A DNA stretch of 48,819 nt from Candidatus Levyibacteriota bacterium (GTDB lineage: Bacteria; Patescibacteriota; Microgenomatia; Levybacterales; UBA12049), in the NCBI GenBank assembly GCA_003152105.1, contig PLZJ01000004.1, positions 1 to 48,819 of the forward strand, written 5' to 3'. The notes beneath the pieces were generated by a model, which searched no databases, was not told where the DNA came from, and worked only from the letters and a program-made list of their open reading frames with translations. The position numbers and the translations under genes were made by a program. Positions 1 to 8,011 of the stretch are shown in pieces (position 1 is the stretch's first letter; each line of letters opens with the position of its first letter).

Positions 1-435
1 TGTTCCCTTAAGTGGGGAAACGAGCGCAACCCGTGCCAAATGTTAAATACTCATTTGGAACTGCTCTGTTTTTGCAGAGAGGAAGGAGCGGAAGACGTCA
101 AGTCAGCACGGCCCTTATACCCTGGGCTACACACACCCTACAATGGCGAAAAACAACGGGCTGCAAGCTAGTGATAGCAAGCTAATCCCTAAAATTTCGT
201 CTCAGTTCAGATTGCAGTCTGAAATTCGACTGCATGAAGTCGGAATTGGTAGTAATCGCGGATCAGCAGGCCGCGGTGAATACGTTCTCGGGTCTTGTAC
301 ACACCGCCCGTCAAGGCAGCAAAGTCGGGGGCGGACGAATACTGGCAGGTTGTCGGTAGAGTCCGAATTCGGCGATGAGGCTTAAGTCGTAACAAGGTAT
401 CCCTAGCCGAAGCTGGGGATGGATCACCTCCTTTC
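1..435 (+). rRNA. rrs: 16S rRNA gene, 3'-terminal ~435 nt (gene begins upstream of the window)
   Basis: Universal 16S blocks read directly: TGTACACACCGCCCGTCA at 296-313, AAGTCGTAACAAGGTA at 384-399, helix-45 hairpin, and the anti-SD tail GGATCACCTCCTTTCT at 421-436. ORF-track entries 143..385(+) and 207..395(-) lie inside it and are artefacts. Confidence 0.95.
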
Positions 436-652
436 TAAATTTTTCTATTGTAGAAGTACAAAATCTAAATTTAGACAGGGGAAGACGCTGAACTTGATTT
501 ACATAGATTTATCTAGGGTAAACAAGGAGAAGTGTAATTATAGTGTACCTCCGAGTGGCAAGCCGCACTCGATCGATCTTCGTTATACTGAGAAGAGAGA
601 TGAATTCAGGCTTCTTTCCTACCACTTTCTGGTTGTTAATAATAAAAGCTAT

Positions 653-685
653 AAAGATCCGCCAATAAAAGGGCGGATTTTTCTT
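653..685 (+). terminator. Intrinsic terminator about 220 nt downstream of the 16S 3' end
   Basis: Perfect 7-bp GC-rich stem ATCCGCC (657-663) / GGCGGAT (672-678) with an 8-nt loop. It is flanked by an A-run upstream and TTTTTCTT downstream (678-685). Confidence 0.6.
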
Positions 686-711
686 GGTTAATAGATTTAT
701 TGTGCCTAATA

Positions 712-720
712 TGGTAGTAT
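712..720 (+). promoter_or_regulatory. Candidate extended -10 (TGgTAGTAT) upstream of tRNA-Cys
   Basis: TGg + TAGTAT sits 24 nt before the first tRNA base. The -35 (TAGATT, 692-697) is only weak. Confidence 0.3.
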
Positions 721-743
721 AGAACAAGCAAATTCCGCTTTGT

Positions 744-815
744 GGCGCGGTGGCCAAGTGGTAAGGCGGCTGCCTGCAGAGCAGCTATTCACCGGTTCGA
801 ATCCGGTTCGCGCCT
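744..815 (+). tRNA. tRNA-Cys (anticodon GCA)
   Basis: Hand-folded cloverleaf. Acceptor GGCGCGG/TCGCGCC; anticodon stem GCTGC/GCAGC with loop CTGCAGA (U33, GCA, G37). T-arm ACCGG-TTCGAAT-CCGGT; 3-bp D-stem with an A13:A22 mismatch; discriminator U73 (Cys identity element). CCA is not encoded. Confidence 0.9.
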
Positions 816-1027
816 CACTATTTACCTTATATGAGGAGTGGAATAGCGTGTTATATGAATCACGAGACGGAAAATGAAATCGTAAAAACAGAAGCCGGCT
901 TTTCAGAGAAAAAATTAGCCCTACAAATGGATAATCTGATTATGGCGAGTAAGGGTAAAAAGTCGTCAAGGAAGAGTGTATCGGATAACAAAAAAATAAT
1001 AACGCTTTACGAAAAGAAATAATTTTT

Positions 1028-1100
1028 GGGTTGCTAGTTCATCGGCTAGAACGCTTTCCTGATAAGAAAGAGGTGCGTGGTTCGATTCCACGGCAACCCA
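1028..1100 (+). tRNA. tRNA-Ile (anticodon GAT)
   Basis: Cloverleaf: acceptor GGGTTGC/GCAACCC; D-arm GTTC-ATCGGCTA-GAAC; anticodon stem CTTTC/GAAAG with loop CTGATAA. T-arm CGTGG-TTCGATT-CCACG; discriminator A. Followed by CCg, so the full CCA is not encoded. Confidence 0.9.
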
Positions 1101-1105
1101 CCGAA

Positions 1106-2395
1106 TTACCCTCGAAACTGGATGTTTGTAATGCGTCCATAGCTAATATCATAGGCCATTTCAGCAATATCGTTAATATATCCAGCTTGCATTTGTCCAA
1201 CTATTACTTTTTTATCTTCTTGCAATAACCAGCGTAACATAAAATCCTGAGTTGCTAATTCAGAAGCTAAGTCTATAGCCTGTTCCATATTTGGAGTTGC
1301 AATAAATACAGTTTTCGTACTGGAAAATGGCATTTTTGGTTTACCAGAATTTTCTGCTGCATGAGAAATGACATATCTACCTTGTGCCCATGCTTTTTCT
1401 TTGTCTTCAGAAGTAAATCGCACATGTTGATTTGCATCGAGTTTTCTACTACGTGGAGCAGAAAGTCGAACAATTGACCCAGGTACATCAAAGATATGGG
1501 GCTTAGTAATACCTGACGATCGAATATCTGTCGTTAGTGTCATTAGTAATGGGTCATGAACAGTATGTGTTCTTCTATATTCCTCTCTTTTTGCTTGAGT
1601 AGGTTGAAGGCTTCGAAGATAATCATCATATTCTTCTAAATAGGCTCGAACAGTATCGCTCTGTACGTCCTTTAAATTTAGTGAAGGTATGCCTTCTGCA
1701 TAAAGTTCTTCAGGAATATACCCATCTCCATAAATTAGTGAAAGATCGGGGATAGCTGTTTGAATAGATAGATCTCTCCCTTTTTTATGCATTACAGCTA
1801 TTAACTTTTTCTCCCCAGTACGATGATTTTGAGCAGTTACTGCAACTGGTTTTTCAGTTAATTTTGCTACAGCTGAAGCTGTTAAATATGCTTGTATTAC
1901 TGCATCGTGATGTTTTACATCCTTTGTAATATATGCATCTAAATTATTTCCTCGAGTTGCATCAATATTTCCTGACAAAACTTGTTTTGCTTTTGCATCT
2001 CTTCCACCACATTCAGTGGGTGATTCTCCAATAATTTCAGGTCCGTGATGACTCTCAACGTCAACAAGCTCGATCCCATTGTTATTTATCATTCTAGTGA
2101 CGGTTTGAAGATCACCACCGCCTGCAATAGTGTCATAAAACATTGTTTTAGTAGCCATTGCTCTTAATCTTCGGGCATCTATACATCCTTTTACAAGTCT
2201 CATTTTTCCAGCTCTTTTATTTGCATTAAAGTCTTGCCTATTATTTTCTGCTCTATCTGAGTGATTGATTCTCCAAATTACTTCGGCTGTGATAGGTTGT
2301 TCCGGAGTCCAAAGAGTTTCTTGGGCTTCTTGTTTTGGTAAATCTAGACCTCCACCTAGATCATTATGACTATAATATAAAATTTCACTTTTCAT
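1106..2395 (-). CDS. Hypothetical protein with an N-terminal beta-carbonic-anhydrase-like domain (429 aa)
   Basis: Long ORF in stop-rich AT-rich DNA. The N-terminal half follows the beta-CA layout (GCIDARR = CxDxR; FYDTIAGGG; VESHH...TECGG; late strand VAVTAQNHRTGEKKLIAV). The usual HxxC pair is split by an insert of about 10 aa. I recognise no motif in the C-terminal ~200 aa. The stop lies 5 nt from the tRNA-Ile 3' end (convergent). Confidence 0.5.
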   Translation of the reverse strand: MKSEILYYSHNDLGGGLDLPKQEAQETLWTPEQPITAEVIWRINHSDRAENNRQDFNANKRAGKMRLVKGCIDARRLRAMATKTMFYDTIAGGGDLQTVTRMINNNGIELVDVESHHGPEIIGESPTECGGRDAKAKQVLSGNIDATRGNNLDAYITKDVKHHDAVIQAYLTASAVAKLTEKPVAVTAQNHRTGEKKLIAVMHKKGRDLSIQTAIPDLSLIYGDGYIPEELYAEGIPSLNLKDVQSDTVRAYLEEYDDYLRSLQPTQAKREEYRRTHTVHDPLLMTLTTDIRSSGITKPHIFDVPGSIVRLSAPRSRKLDANQHVRFTSEDKEKAWAQGRYVISHAAENSGKPKMPFSSTKTVFIATPNMEQAIDLASELATQDFMLRWLLQEDKKVIVGQMQAGYINDIAEMAYDISYGRITNIQFRG

Positions 2396-2404
2396 GAAGA
2401 TTTG

Positions 2405-2410
2405 ATTATA
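2405..2410 (-). promoter_or_regulatory. Candidate -10 (TATAAT on the minus strand) 9 nt upstream of the 429-aa ORF start
   Basis: The minus strand reads TATAAT-caaatcttc-ATG. No SD is visible. Confidence 0.35.
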
Positions 2411-2469
2411 TGATTTTTAGGATAATTTCGCAATAAGCATTTGCGTATTCTAGGACATAATATTACTAC

Positions 2470-2498
2470 TTGCACTTACTAAAATTATTTTGTAAAAT
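2470..2498 (+). promoter_or_regulatory. Candidate sigma70-type promoter for the 139-aa beta-CA-like gene
   Basis: TTGCAC (2470-2475), 17-nt spacer, TAAAAT (2493-2498). Confidence 0.4.
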
Positions 2499-2548
2499 CA
2501 TAAATACCTAATTAAAGTTCCAGGTTAAATTGAATTTATTTTTGCATT

Positions 2549-2968
2549 ATGGCAAGCGAAACTTTTTTTACAGTTATAGGGTGTATGGATGGGCGATGCG
2601 TAGAGCCTGTTGAAGCATTCGGAAAACAAGAATTTAACGCAGAATATGCGGATACAATTACAGAACCAGGTATTGTAGGAATTTTATCTAGCAAACCTTC
2701 GAAAACCTTCTTAAACAACCTCAAAAACAAAATCTTAATTTCACTATACAAACATAATTCAAAAGGTATTGTTATTGATGGTCATGCAGAATGTGCTGGT
2801 GATCCAGTAGCTGATGATGTACAGAAAGTCCAAATCAAACAATCTGTACAGATAATCAGTGAGCTAATTGAAAACGCGGTGCCGGTGGTTGGAATTTTTG
2901 TCCATCGTTGTCCTCAGCATACTATGCAATGGGAGGCAGATAAGCTTCCTGCTTCAATGATTGCGTAG
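2549..2968 (+). CDS. Minimal beta-carbonic-anhydrase-like protein (139 aa)
   Basis: GCMDGRC (CxDxR) and GHAECAG (HxxC) are the zinc-ligand motifs of beta-class carbonic anhydrases. The protein is shorter than typical beta-CAs. Confidence 0.55.
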   Translation: MASETFFTVIGCMDGRCVEPVEAFGKQEFNAEYADTITEPGIVGILSSKPSKTFLNNLKNKILISLYKHNSKGIVIDGHAECAGDPVADDVQKVQIKQSVQIISELIENAVPVVGIFVHRCPQHTMQWEADKLPASMIA

Positions 2969-2972
2969 CTTA

Positions 2973-3668
2973 TTAGAAGTTAGGTTTAGCCCCTGTGCCA
3001 TCAGTTGTTCCCTTACACGATACCACCTTAGGAGATCCAAGCAATAATGATAATTGACCACTACCAGATGCATCACTTCCGTAAGCATAAATTTGATGTG
3101 GTAATCCATCTTTTAGGTTATCTGGATAAGGATAGTAAAATTCATGTGGACCAATTAGATCAACTACATCATTGCTGTCTAGTTGTAAATTAGCGAGAAA
3201 TGTGGCTATTGGTTTACCGGTGACATATGTCCCATCTGTATATAATGTTACATGCATAATTCTATTTGGGAAATAACTATTATAAGACCACCCCGTTATA
3301 TTTGAGCAATCTGCATTTTCTAATAGTCCTACGGGTAAAAATGGATTTTGCGGGGTTGCAATGTTAGATTTAATAGTTGAAGGGCAAGTAAGCACTGCTG
3401 AATCGCAGCTTTGGTCATTTGAACATGATACTTTTTGATAACTACAAATTGCCTGAGGAACTACTTCCTGAAAGAGTATTGGTATGCGAGGTGTGATAGT
3501 AAGGTCTTTTTGAAGGAGTAGGAACATGATAAGTGGTGACGTTGCCACAAGTACAAAAAGAGAAAATAATACTGCATAATGTTCTAAGACGCTATCTGAG
3601 AAAAAATGTAATGTTTTATCTTTCTGAGCCATAGAATGTATAGTAGGATGCATGACTGAAAGTGTCAA
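2973..3668 (-). CDS. Membrane-anchored, Cys-rich secreted protein of unknown function (231 aa)
   Basis: One N-terminal hydrophobic helix (AVLFSLFVLVATSPLIMFLLL) followed by an extracytoplasmic region with a cluster of Cys residues. It is last in the minus-strand operon with the cohesin and vWA genes. The ORF-track start at 3668 is TTG; ATG alternatives lie at 3653 and 3632. Confidence 0.5.
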   Translation of the reverse strand: MTLSVMHPTIHSMAQKDKTLHFFSDSVLEHYAVLFSLFVLVATSPLIMFLLLQKDLTITPRIPILFQEVVPQAICSYQKVSCSNDQSCDSAVLTCPSTIKSNIATPQNPFLPVGLLENADCSNITGWSYNSYFPNRIMHVTLYTDGTYVTGKPIATFLANLQLDSNDVVDLIGPHEFYYPYPDNLKDGLPHQIYAYGSDASGSGQLSLLLGSPKVVSCKGTTDGTGAKPNF

Positions 3669-3692
3669 GTCGTAAGTATGATGAGAGAATTA

Positions 3693-4274
3693 TTATTGAC
3701 TATGTAGCGAAATAGTTGTGCCAGATATTGATTTAAGTACAGATGATTTAATTCTCCAATCTGAGACGCCTGCATTTGATTGATCTACTCCAATTGTTGT
3801 TTCTGAAGCTGTGGTACCTGGTACTACTGAATAGGAAATAACTGCCAATACTCCTTTTCCAGTTGAAGGATTACTGCCTGGAGACATTGCAAGAGTGTAG
3901 GCAATGGTTCCTTTTACAGGGTCAACGACATTCCATAATTCGCTTGGACTTTGTAAGTAGGTGCCTGGAGTTACTTTAACATTTTCTAAAACTTTAGGAT
4001 CATATGTTAAAGTAAATTGAGCTCCTGAGAATTCATTTGTACCCGCATCCACAAGGATGTTTATTTTAGATGGTTGATTAGCAACAAGTTCTTGGCTAGC
4101 CGCTTGCATGCTGATGACAGTATCAGAAATAACTCCTGGTGTCGGTGAAGCATGAGGTTGTGAAGTAATACTTTTTTCCGGAGTTTTATTAGTTTGCACT
4201 AGAATGATACATGCTGTTATAAGAATTGCAACAACTAAGACTATTAAACCAATTATTTTTTTTGAAATTTGCAT
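3693..4274 (-). CDS. Signal-anchored cohesin-domain-like protein (193 aa)
   Basis: N-terminal TM helix. The body matches the cohesin pattern (KINILVDAGTNEFSGAQFTLTYDPKVLENVKVTPGTYL ... GKGVLAVISYSVVPG ... ISGTTISL). Confidence 0.6.
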   Translation of the reverse strand: MQISKKIIGLIVLVVAILITACIILVQTNKTPEKSITSQPHASPTPGVISDTVISMQAASQELVANQPSKINILVDAGTNEFSGAQFTLTYDPKVLENVKVTPGTYLQSPSELWNVVDPVKGTIAYTLAMSPGSNPSTGKGVLAVISYSVVPGTTASETTIGVDQSNAGVSDWRIKSSVLKSISGTTISLHSQ

Positions 4275-4331
4275 AACTTATCTTAATTCACTATGTATAA
4301 TATTTTAGTTTTTGTCAAGAACGTGCACTGA

Positions 4332-5969
4332 TTAATCTCCATGTTGCATGAAGTTTTGCAAGAGCCAAGACAACTCATCATCCCAATTATTGCCCGTAGG
4401 ATTTTTCAAATCATTTAAATCAGCATTTAATAAGTCAGATCCTTTTGTGCAATTTCCGCCTTTTGGAGGACTTGGAAAACATGGAATAAGCGCATTATAG
4501 TCAAATAGATCGATTACATTATCTTGTCCAGTGCCTTTATCTGCAGCTATATCACCAGCAAGTAATAGCGGAATTTTAGGCGTTAAGTTGTTTTGTGAAG
4601 CACTTTTAACATCAGATAGGATATTTATAAGTCCAAGACCTTTACGTAAATATCGGTTAGTTTGAACAACAATTTTATATTGACCAGTAGGTATTGAATC
4701 AGTAAAAGTTAAGTCAGAATTTTCAAAATAACCAGTTGCTGGATTAAATGTTACTTTCCCGGTTCTTGTATAAAGAAGTTGTTTTGCAACAGCTTTACTT
4801 GTGTTTGGAGTTGACTTATCGTAGAAATACAGTGTGATATCTCGTGTTGGAGTAATTGGAGCATCATTAATTCTATAAGAAATACCTTTTTTTATACCGG
4901 TAGTTGGTCCAATTGATACAGACTGCAGATTTAATTTAATGGCAACAGCAGTTGTTGAAATTGGTTTACATGCGTCTTTAATTGCATCTGCATAAATTGA
5001 CAGAAGATTACTTACATCCGTTGTGTGATAGTAATGAAGTGTTTTAGTATAACTTGTATTTGACACTTTTTTCAAAAAGTCTTCATTAATATTATTACCT
5101 GTTCCATAACCAACAACATAGTAGGTGATTTTTTCACTGGAATCTGCTGCATATTTTGTTATTTCATCCAATGCATCTTGTTTTGCTTGAGCTACAATTT
5201 GTGCAGCAGATTTACCCTTTGGAGGTTTACCAGAATAATTATTGTTCTGATCAATATTTGCTTTTCCATCTGACAACATTATGACTACGTGTCGTGCGCC
5301 ATCATCTCTTGGATCACCCTTTTTGTGCGAACTCGTGGCTTCTTGGTAGTGAGATAGTATATCGTCTGCATAATGTTCGCCGCGAACAATATCAGTGCCT
5401 TCATGGGTAACATATGTGTTTTTGTAAGTGGTTTTATATTTATTCCATGGAGGAGGTTCTGGAAAAACATCAGTAAGTGGCGTAAATGAAGCCTTCTTAT
5501 ATTGAGGTTGATTTAATGTATTAATTATTGATGTTGCATTACCTTTTGGTGGTTCAAGACCAATATAATCATGTGTATCTCTATAATTGCTAAAAAACAC
5601 TATGCCTAGGCTGTGGATATATGCATTTTTACTTGCATTTGTGATGAGTGATTCTGTAGCATCCATCGCATATTTAATTTTAGTTGTGCCAGTATTTTGC
5701 ATGCTATTTGAGTCATCAATGAGAAATATTACATCAGCTGGTTTTTGACATGTGGTGGTCACTGCACTGAGAATCGAATCAGTCATAGCCGTATCTGATG
5801 TGGCAGCATGTGAAGCAACAACTTGCTTATTTTGCGTATTGGTAATATTGACAATGAGTATTGGTAAAGTAAAGACAAGTACAAGTAGTGTTAATATACT
5901 TAGAATCTGAATATGTTGACCTCGTTCTAAGGATTTTACTTTTTCTATAGAATATTTTATTATTGGCAT
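4332..5969 (-). CDS. Membrane-anchored vWA-domain protein with a C-terminal dockerin-like module (545 aa)
   Basis: N-terminal TM helix. vWA MIDAS motif DVIFLIDDSNSMQ (DxSxS) with downstream VIMLSDGKAN. A beta-rich middle domain (TGQYKIVVQTNRYLRK). The C-terminus has two EF-hand-like dockerin-type repeats (GDIAADKGTGQDNVIDLFDYNALI and ADLNDLKNPTGNNWDDELSWLLQNF). SD AGAGGGA lies upstream. Confidence 0.65.
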   Translation of the reverse strand: MPIIKYSIEKVKSLERGQHIQILSILTLLVLVFTLPILIVNITNTQNKQVVASHAATSDTAMTDSILSAVTTTCQKPADVIFLIDDSNSMQNTGTTKIKYAMDATESLITNASKNAYIHSLGIVFFSNYRDTHDYIGLEPPKGNATSIINTLNQPQYKKASFTPLTDVFPEPPPWNKYKTTYKNTYVTHEGTDIVRGEHYADDILSHYQEATSSHKKGDPRDDGARHVVIMLSDGKANIDQNNNYSGKPPKGKSAAQIVAQAKQDALDEITKYAADSSEKITYYVVGYGTGNNINEDFLKKVSNTSYTKTLHYYHTTDVSNLLSIYADAIKDACKPISTTAVAIKLNLQSVSIGPTTGIKKGISYRINDAPITPTRDITLYFYDKSTPNTSKAVAKQLLYTRTGKVTFNPATGYFENSDLTFTDSIPTGQYKIVVQTNRYLRKGLGLINILSDVKSASQNNLTPKIPLLLAGDIAADKGTGQDNVIDLFDYNALIPCFPSPPKGGNCTKGSDLLNADLNDLKNPTGNNWDDELSWLLQNFMQHGD

Positions 5970-6046
5970 TTTTATCCCTCTATATATTTATACCATAGTA
6001 GAGTAGGTTTGTCCTGTCAATAATGAAATGCTTTTAAACTGCTCAT

Positions 6047-6055
6047 TGCTATGGT
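6047..6055 (+). promoter_or_regulatory. Extended -10 (TGcTATGGT) 11 nt upstream of the dcd ATG
   Basis: aTTGCTATGGT-aaactttccat-ATG; no SD. Confidence 0.4.
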
Positions 6056-6066
6056 AAACTTTCCAT

Positions 6067-6642
6067 ATGGTTTTGTCTGATGTTGATATTAAAAAAGCGC
6101 TTCTAAATGGTGAAATTGTTATTACTCCAAAACTAAATCTTCAATCACAACTTGGTTCTTGTTCAGTAGATCTGCGCCTGGGTAATTCGTTTCGTGTGTT
6201 CGAACATAGTAGATATGCCTACATTGATACTAAATCAAACGACACCAAAAAAGGATACACGAGTGAAATTGTAGTAGAGGACAATGAGCCCTTTATAATG
6301 CAACCCGGAGACTTTGTATTAGCAGTTACTCTTGAAAAAATAACAATTTCCTCTTCTTTACTGGGTCGACTCGAAGGAAGATCTTCTTTAGGAAGGCTTG
6401 GTATCGTCGTTCATTCAACCGCAAGTATATTTGATCCAGGTTGGAATGGTCAAGCAGTTTTGGAGCTTGGGAATTTAGGAAGATTACCAGTTGTCTTATA
6501 TCCAGGTATGCGAATTTGCGCAATGACATTTGAAGAACTTTCAAGTCCTGCTCAAGTCCCATACAGTGAGAAAAAAACCGCCAAATATATTAAACAAACC
6601 AAACCAAGAGAATCGAAAATAGAGGAAGATATAATTCATTGA
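6067..6642 (+). CDS. dcd: dCTP deaminase
   Basis: MVLSDVDIKKAL..., SVDLRLGNSF, GRSSLGRLGI and DPGWNG are characteristic of the Dcd/dUTPase trimeric fold. At 191 aa it is close to E. coli Dcd. Confidence 0.85.
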   Translation: MVLSDVDIKKALLNGEIVITPKLNLQSQLGSCSVDLRLGNSFRVFEHSRYAYIDTKSNDTKKGYTSEIVVEDNEPFIMQPGDFVLAVTLEKITISSSLLGRLEGRSSLGRLGIVVHSTASIFDPGWNGQAVLELGNLGRLPVVLYPGMRICAMTFEELSSPAQVPYSEKKTAKYIKQTKPRESKIEEDIIH

Positions 6643-7334
6643 AAGTACAAGTAGCTTTTACACAAGATTTACGTAGAAATCCATATAAAGGATTATATAT
6701 AGCTATTGAAGGGATTGATGGAAGTGGAAAATCTACACAAATTAAAGCATTAAGTGATCAACTCAAAACTGCTTCAATTCCTGTTGTAACAATACATGAG
6801 CCAAATGACAATACATATATAGGAAATTTAATTAGAAATACGTTAAATGCAAAAGTAGCATTACCATCTAGAGCATTTCAATCACTTTTTTCTGCGGATA
6901 GAGCATTAAACCACGCATCGCTTACAGAGCCAGCTTTGGAAAAAGGTAATATTGTATTAAGTCATAGAAGTAATTGGACGACAATACCTTATGGCATTGA
7001 GGATATAGATTCTTCATTTACAGTAGCATCTGCATATCATATTGGAGTAGCAAATGGATTATTATCTTATTATCATCAATTCATTATTCCAGATATGACC
7101 TTTTACTTGGATGTGTCTCTTGAAACAGTCATGAAAAGAATGTTGCTCATGAAAAAAGAAAGAGATATTTATGAGCAAGAAAAAAAGCTAAAAAGAGTTT
7201 TAAACGGCTATCATTCCCTCTTGCAAAAATTTCCTAAAGAATTTATAGTAATCAACGGAGAGAGCAAAGAGGAGCTTGTTACAAAAACTATTTTGAAACA
7301 GGTAGTTGAGAAATTCAAGGCAAAAACAAGGTAA
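6639..7334 (+). CDS. tmk: Thymidylate kinase family protein, paralog 1 (divergent)
   Basis: P-loop IAIEGIDGSGKSTQ and FSADR motif. The DR(Y/H/F)..S..AYQG box is replaced by SHRSNWTTIPYG. TTG start overlaps the dcd stop (TTGA). Confidence 0.7.
   Translation: MKVQVAFTQDLRRNPYKGLYIAIEGIDGSGKSTQIKALSDQLKTASIPVVTIHEPNDNTYIGNLIRNTLNAKVALPSRAFQSLFSADRALNHASLTEPALEKGNIVLSHRSNWTTIPYGIEDIDSSFTVASAYHIGVANGLLSYYHQFIIPDMTFYLDVSLETVMKRMLLMKKERDIYEQEKKLKRVLNGYHSLLQKFPKEFIVINGESKEELVTKTILKQVVEKFKAKTR
6706..6736 (+). repeat. 31-nt tract identical to 7407-7437 (P-loop codons of the two tmk paralogs)
   Basis: TTGAAGGGATTGATGGAAGTGGAAAATCTAC is present in both genes, although the proteins are otherwise only moderately similar. 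Confidence 0.9.
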
Positions 7335-7339
7335 AGTAA

Positions 7340-8008
7340 ATGCAGTATCACGTTTCATTCGATATATCATTTTTAGAAAATACGTATAATGGTCAATTTA
7401 TTGTGCTTGAAGGGATTGATGGAAGTGGAAAATCTACGCAAAAAAACATCATACAAAAGGAAATTGAAAAAAAAGGTAAAAAGACATTATTAACGCATGA
7501 ACCTACCCGTGAAGGTCATATCGGAAAGTTAGTTCATGAAATTTTGCAATCTGAAGTATTAATTCCTCTAGTCGGCTTGCAGTATTTATTTGCTGCAGAT
7601 CGAAGCGTACATCAGGAGCACGTTTTAATCCCTGCCTTACAAGAAGGCAAAACAGTAATTTCTGAACGTTGTTTTTGGTCTGCAGTGCCTTATGGACTCG
7701 CCGATAAAGAACATACAGATTACAAAAATGCGAGCGAGAGTATGCTTGCAGCATACAGCTTATTATCAATGTATAATCAATTTATTCTTCCTGATAAGAC
7801 TTTCTTTTTGGATGTCACACCACAAACAGCTGTCAAACGGTTAGCAGCAATGAGCAAAGAAAAAGAAATATATGAAAAGAAAAGTAAGCTTGAAATAATT
7901 TATCAGGGGTATAAATTCTTACTAGATAAATTTCCTGATCAATTTATCGTTATTGATGGGGAAGCGTCTCAAGAAAAGATAACAGAAGCAATTTTGTCGA
8001 ATTTGTAG
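7340..8008 (+). CDS. tmk: Thymidylate kinase family protein, paralog 2 (divergent)
   Basis: P-loop IVLEGIDGSGKSTQ and FAADR motif. The DR-box is replaced by SERCFWSAVPYG. It is collinear with paralog 1 over its whole length. Confidence 0.7.
   Translation: MQYHVSFDISFLENTYNGQFIVLEGIDGSGKSTQKNIIQKEIEKKGKKTLLTHEPTREGHIGKLVHEILQSEVLIPLVGLQYLFAADRSVHQEHVLIPALQEGKTVISERCFWSAVPYGLADKEHTDYKNASESMLAAYSLLSMYNQFILPDKTFFLDVTPQTAVKRLAAMSKEKEIYEKKSKLEIIYQGYKFLLDKFPDQFIVIDGEASQEKITEAILSNL
7407..7437 (+). repeat. 31-nt tract identical to 6706-6736
   Basis: Same 31-mer read directly in both places. Confidence 0.9.
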
Positions 8009-8011
8009 TTT

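Noticed and set aside
143-757. ORF-track entries 143..385(+), 207..395(-), 419..691(+) and 509..757(-).
   Set aside because: They lie inside the 16S rRNA 3' region, the spacer with its terminator, or overlap tRNA-Cys. They show no coding features and are explained by the RNA genes.
831-1022. 63-aa ORF between tRNA-Cys and tRNA-Ile.
   Set aside because: It is short, has no SD or promoter geometry like the other genes, and sits in an rRNA-spacer-like context. No motif was recognised. It is probably non-coding spacer, though a small protein cannot be excluded.
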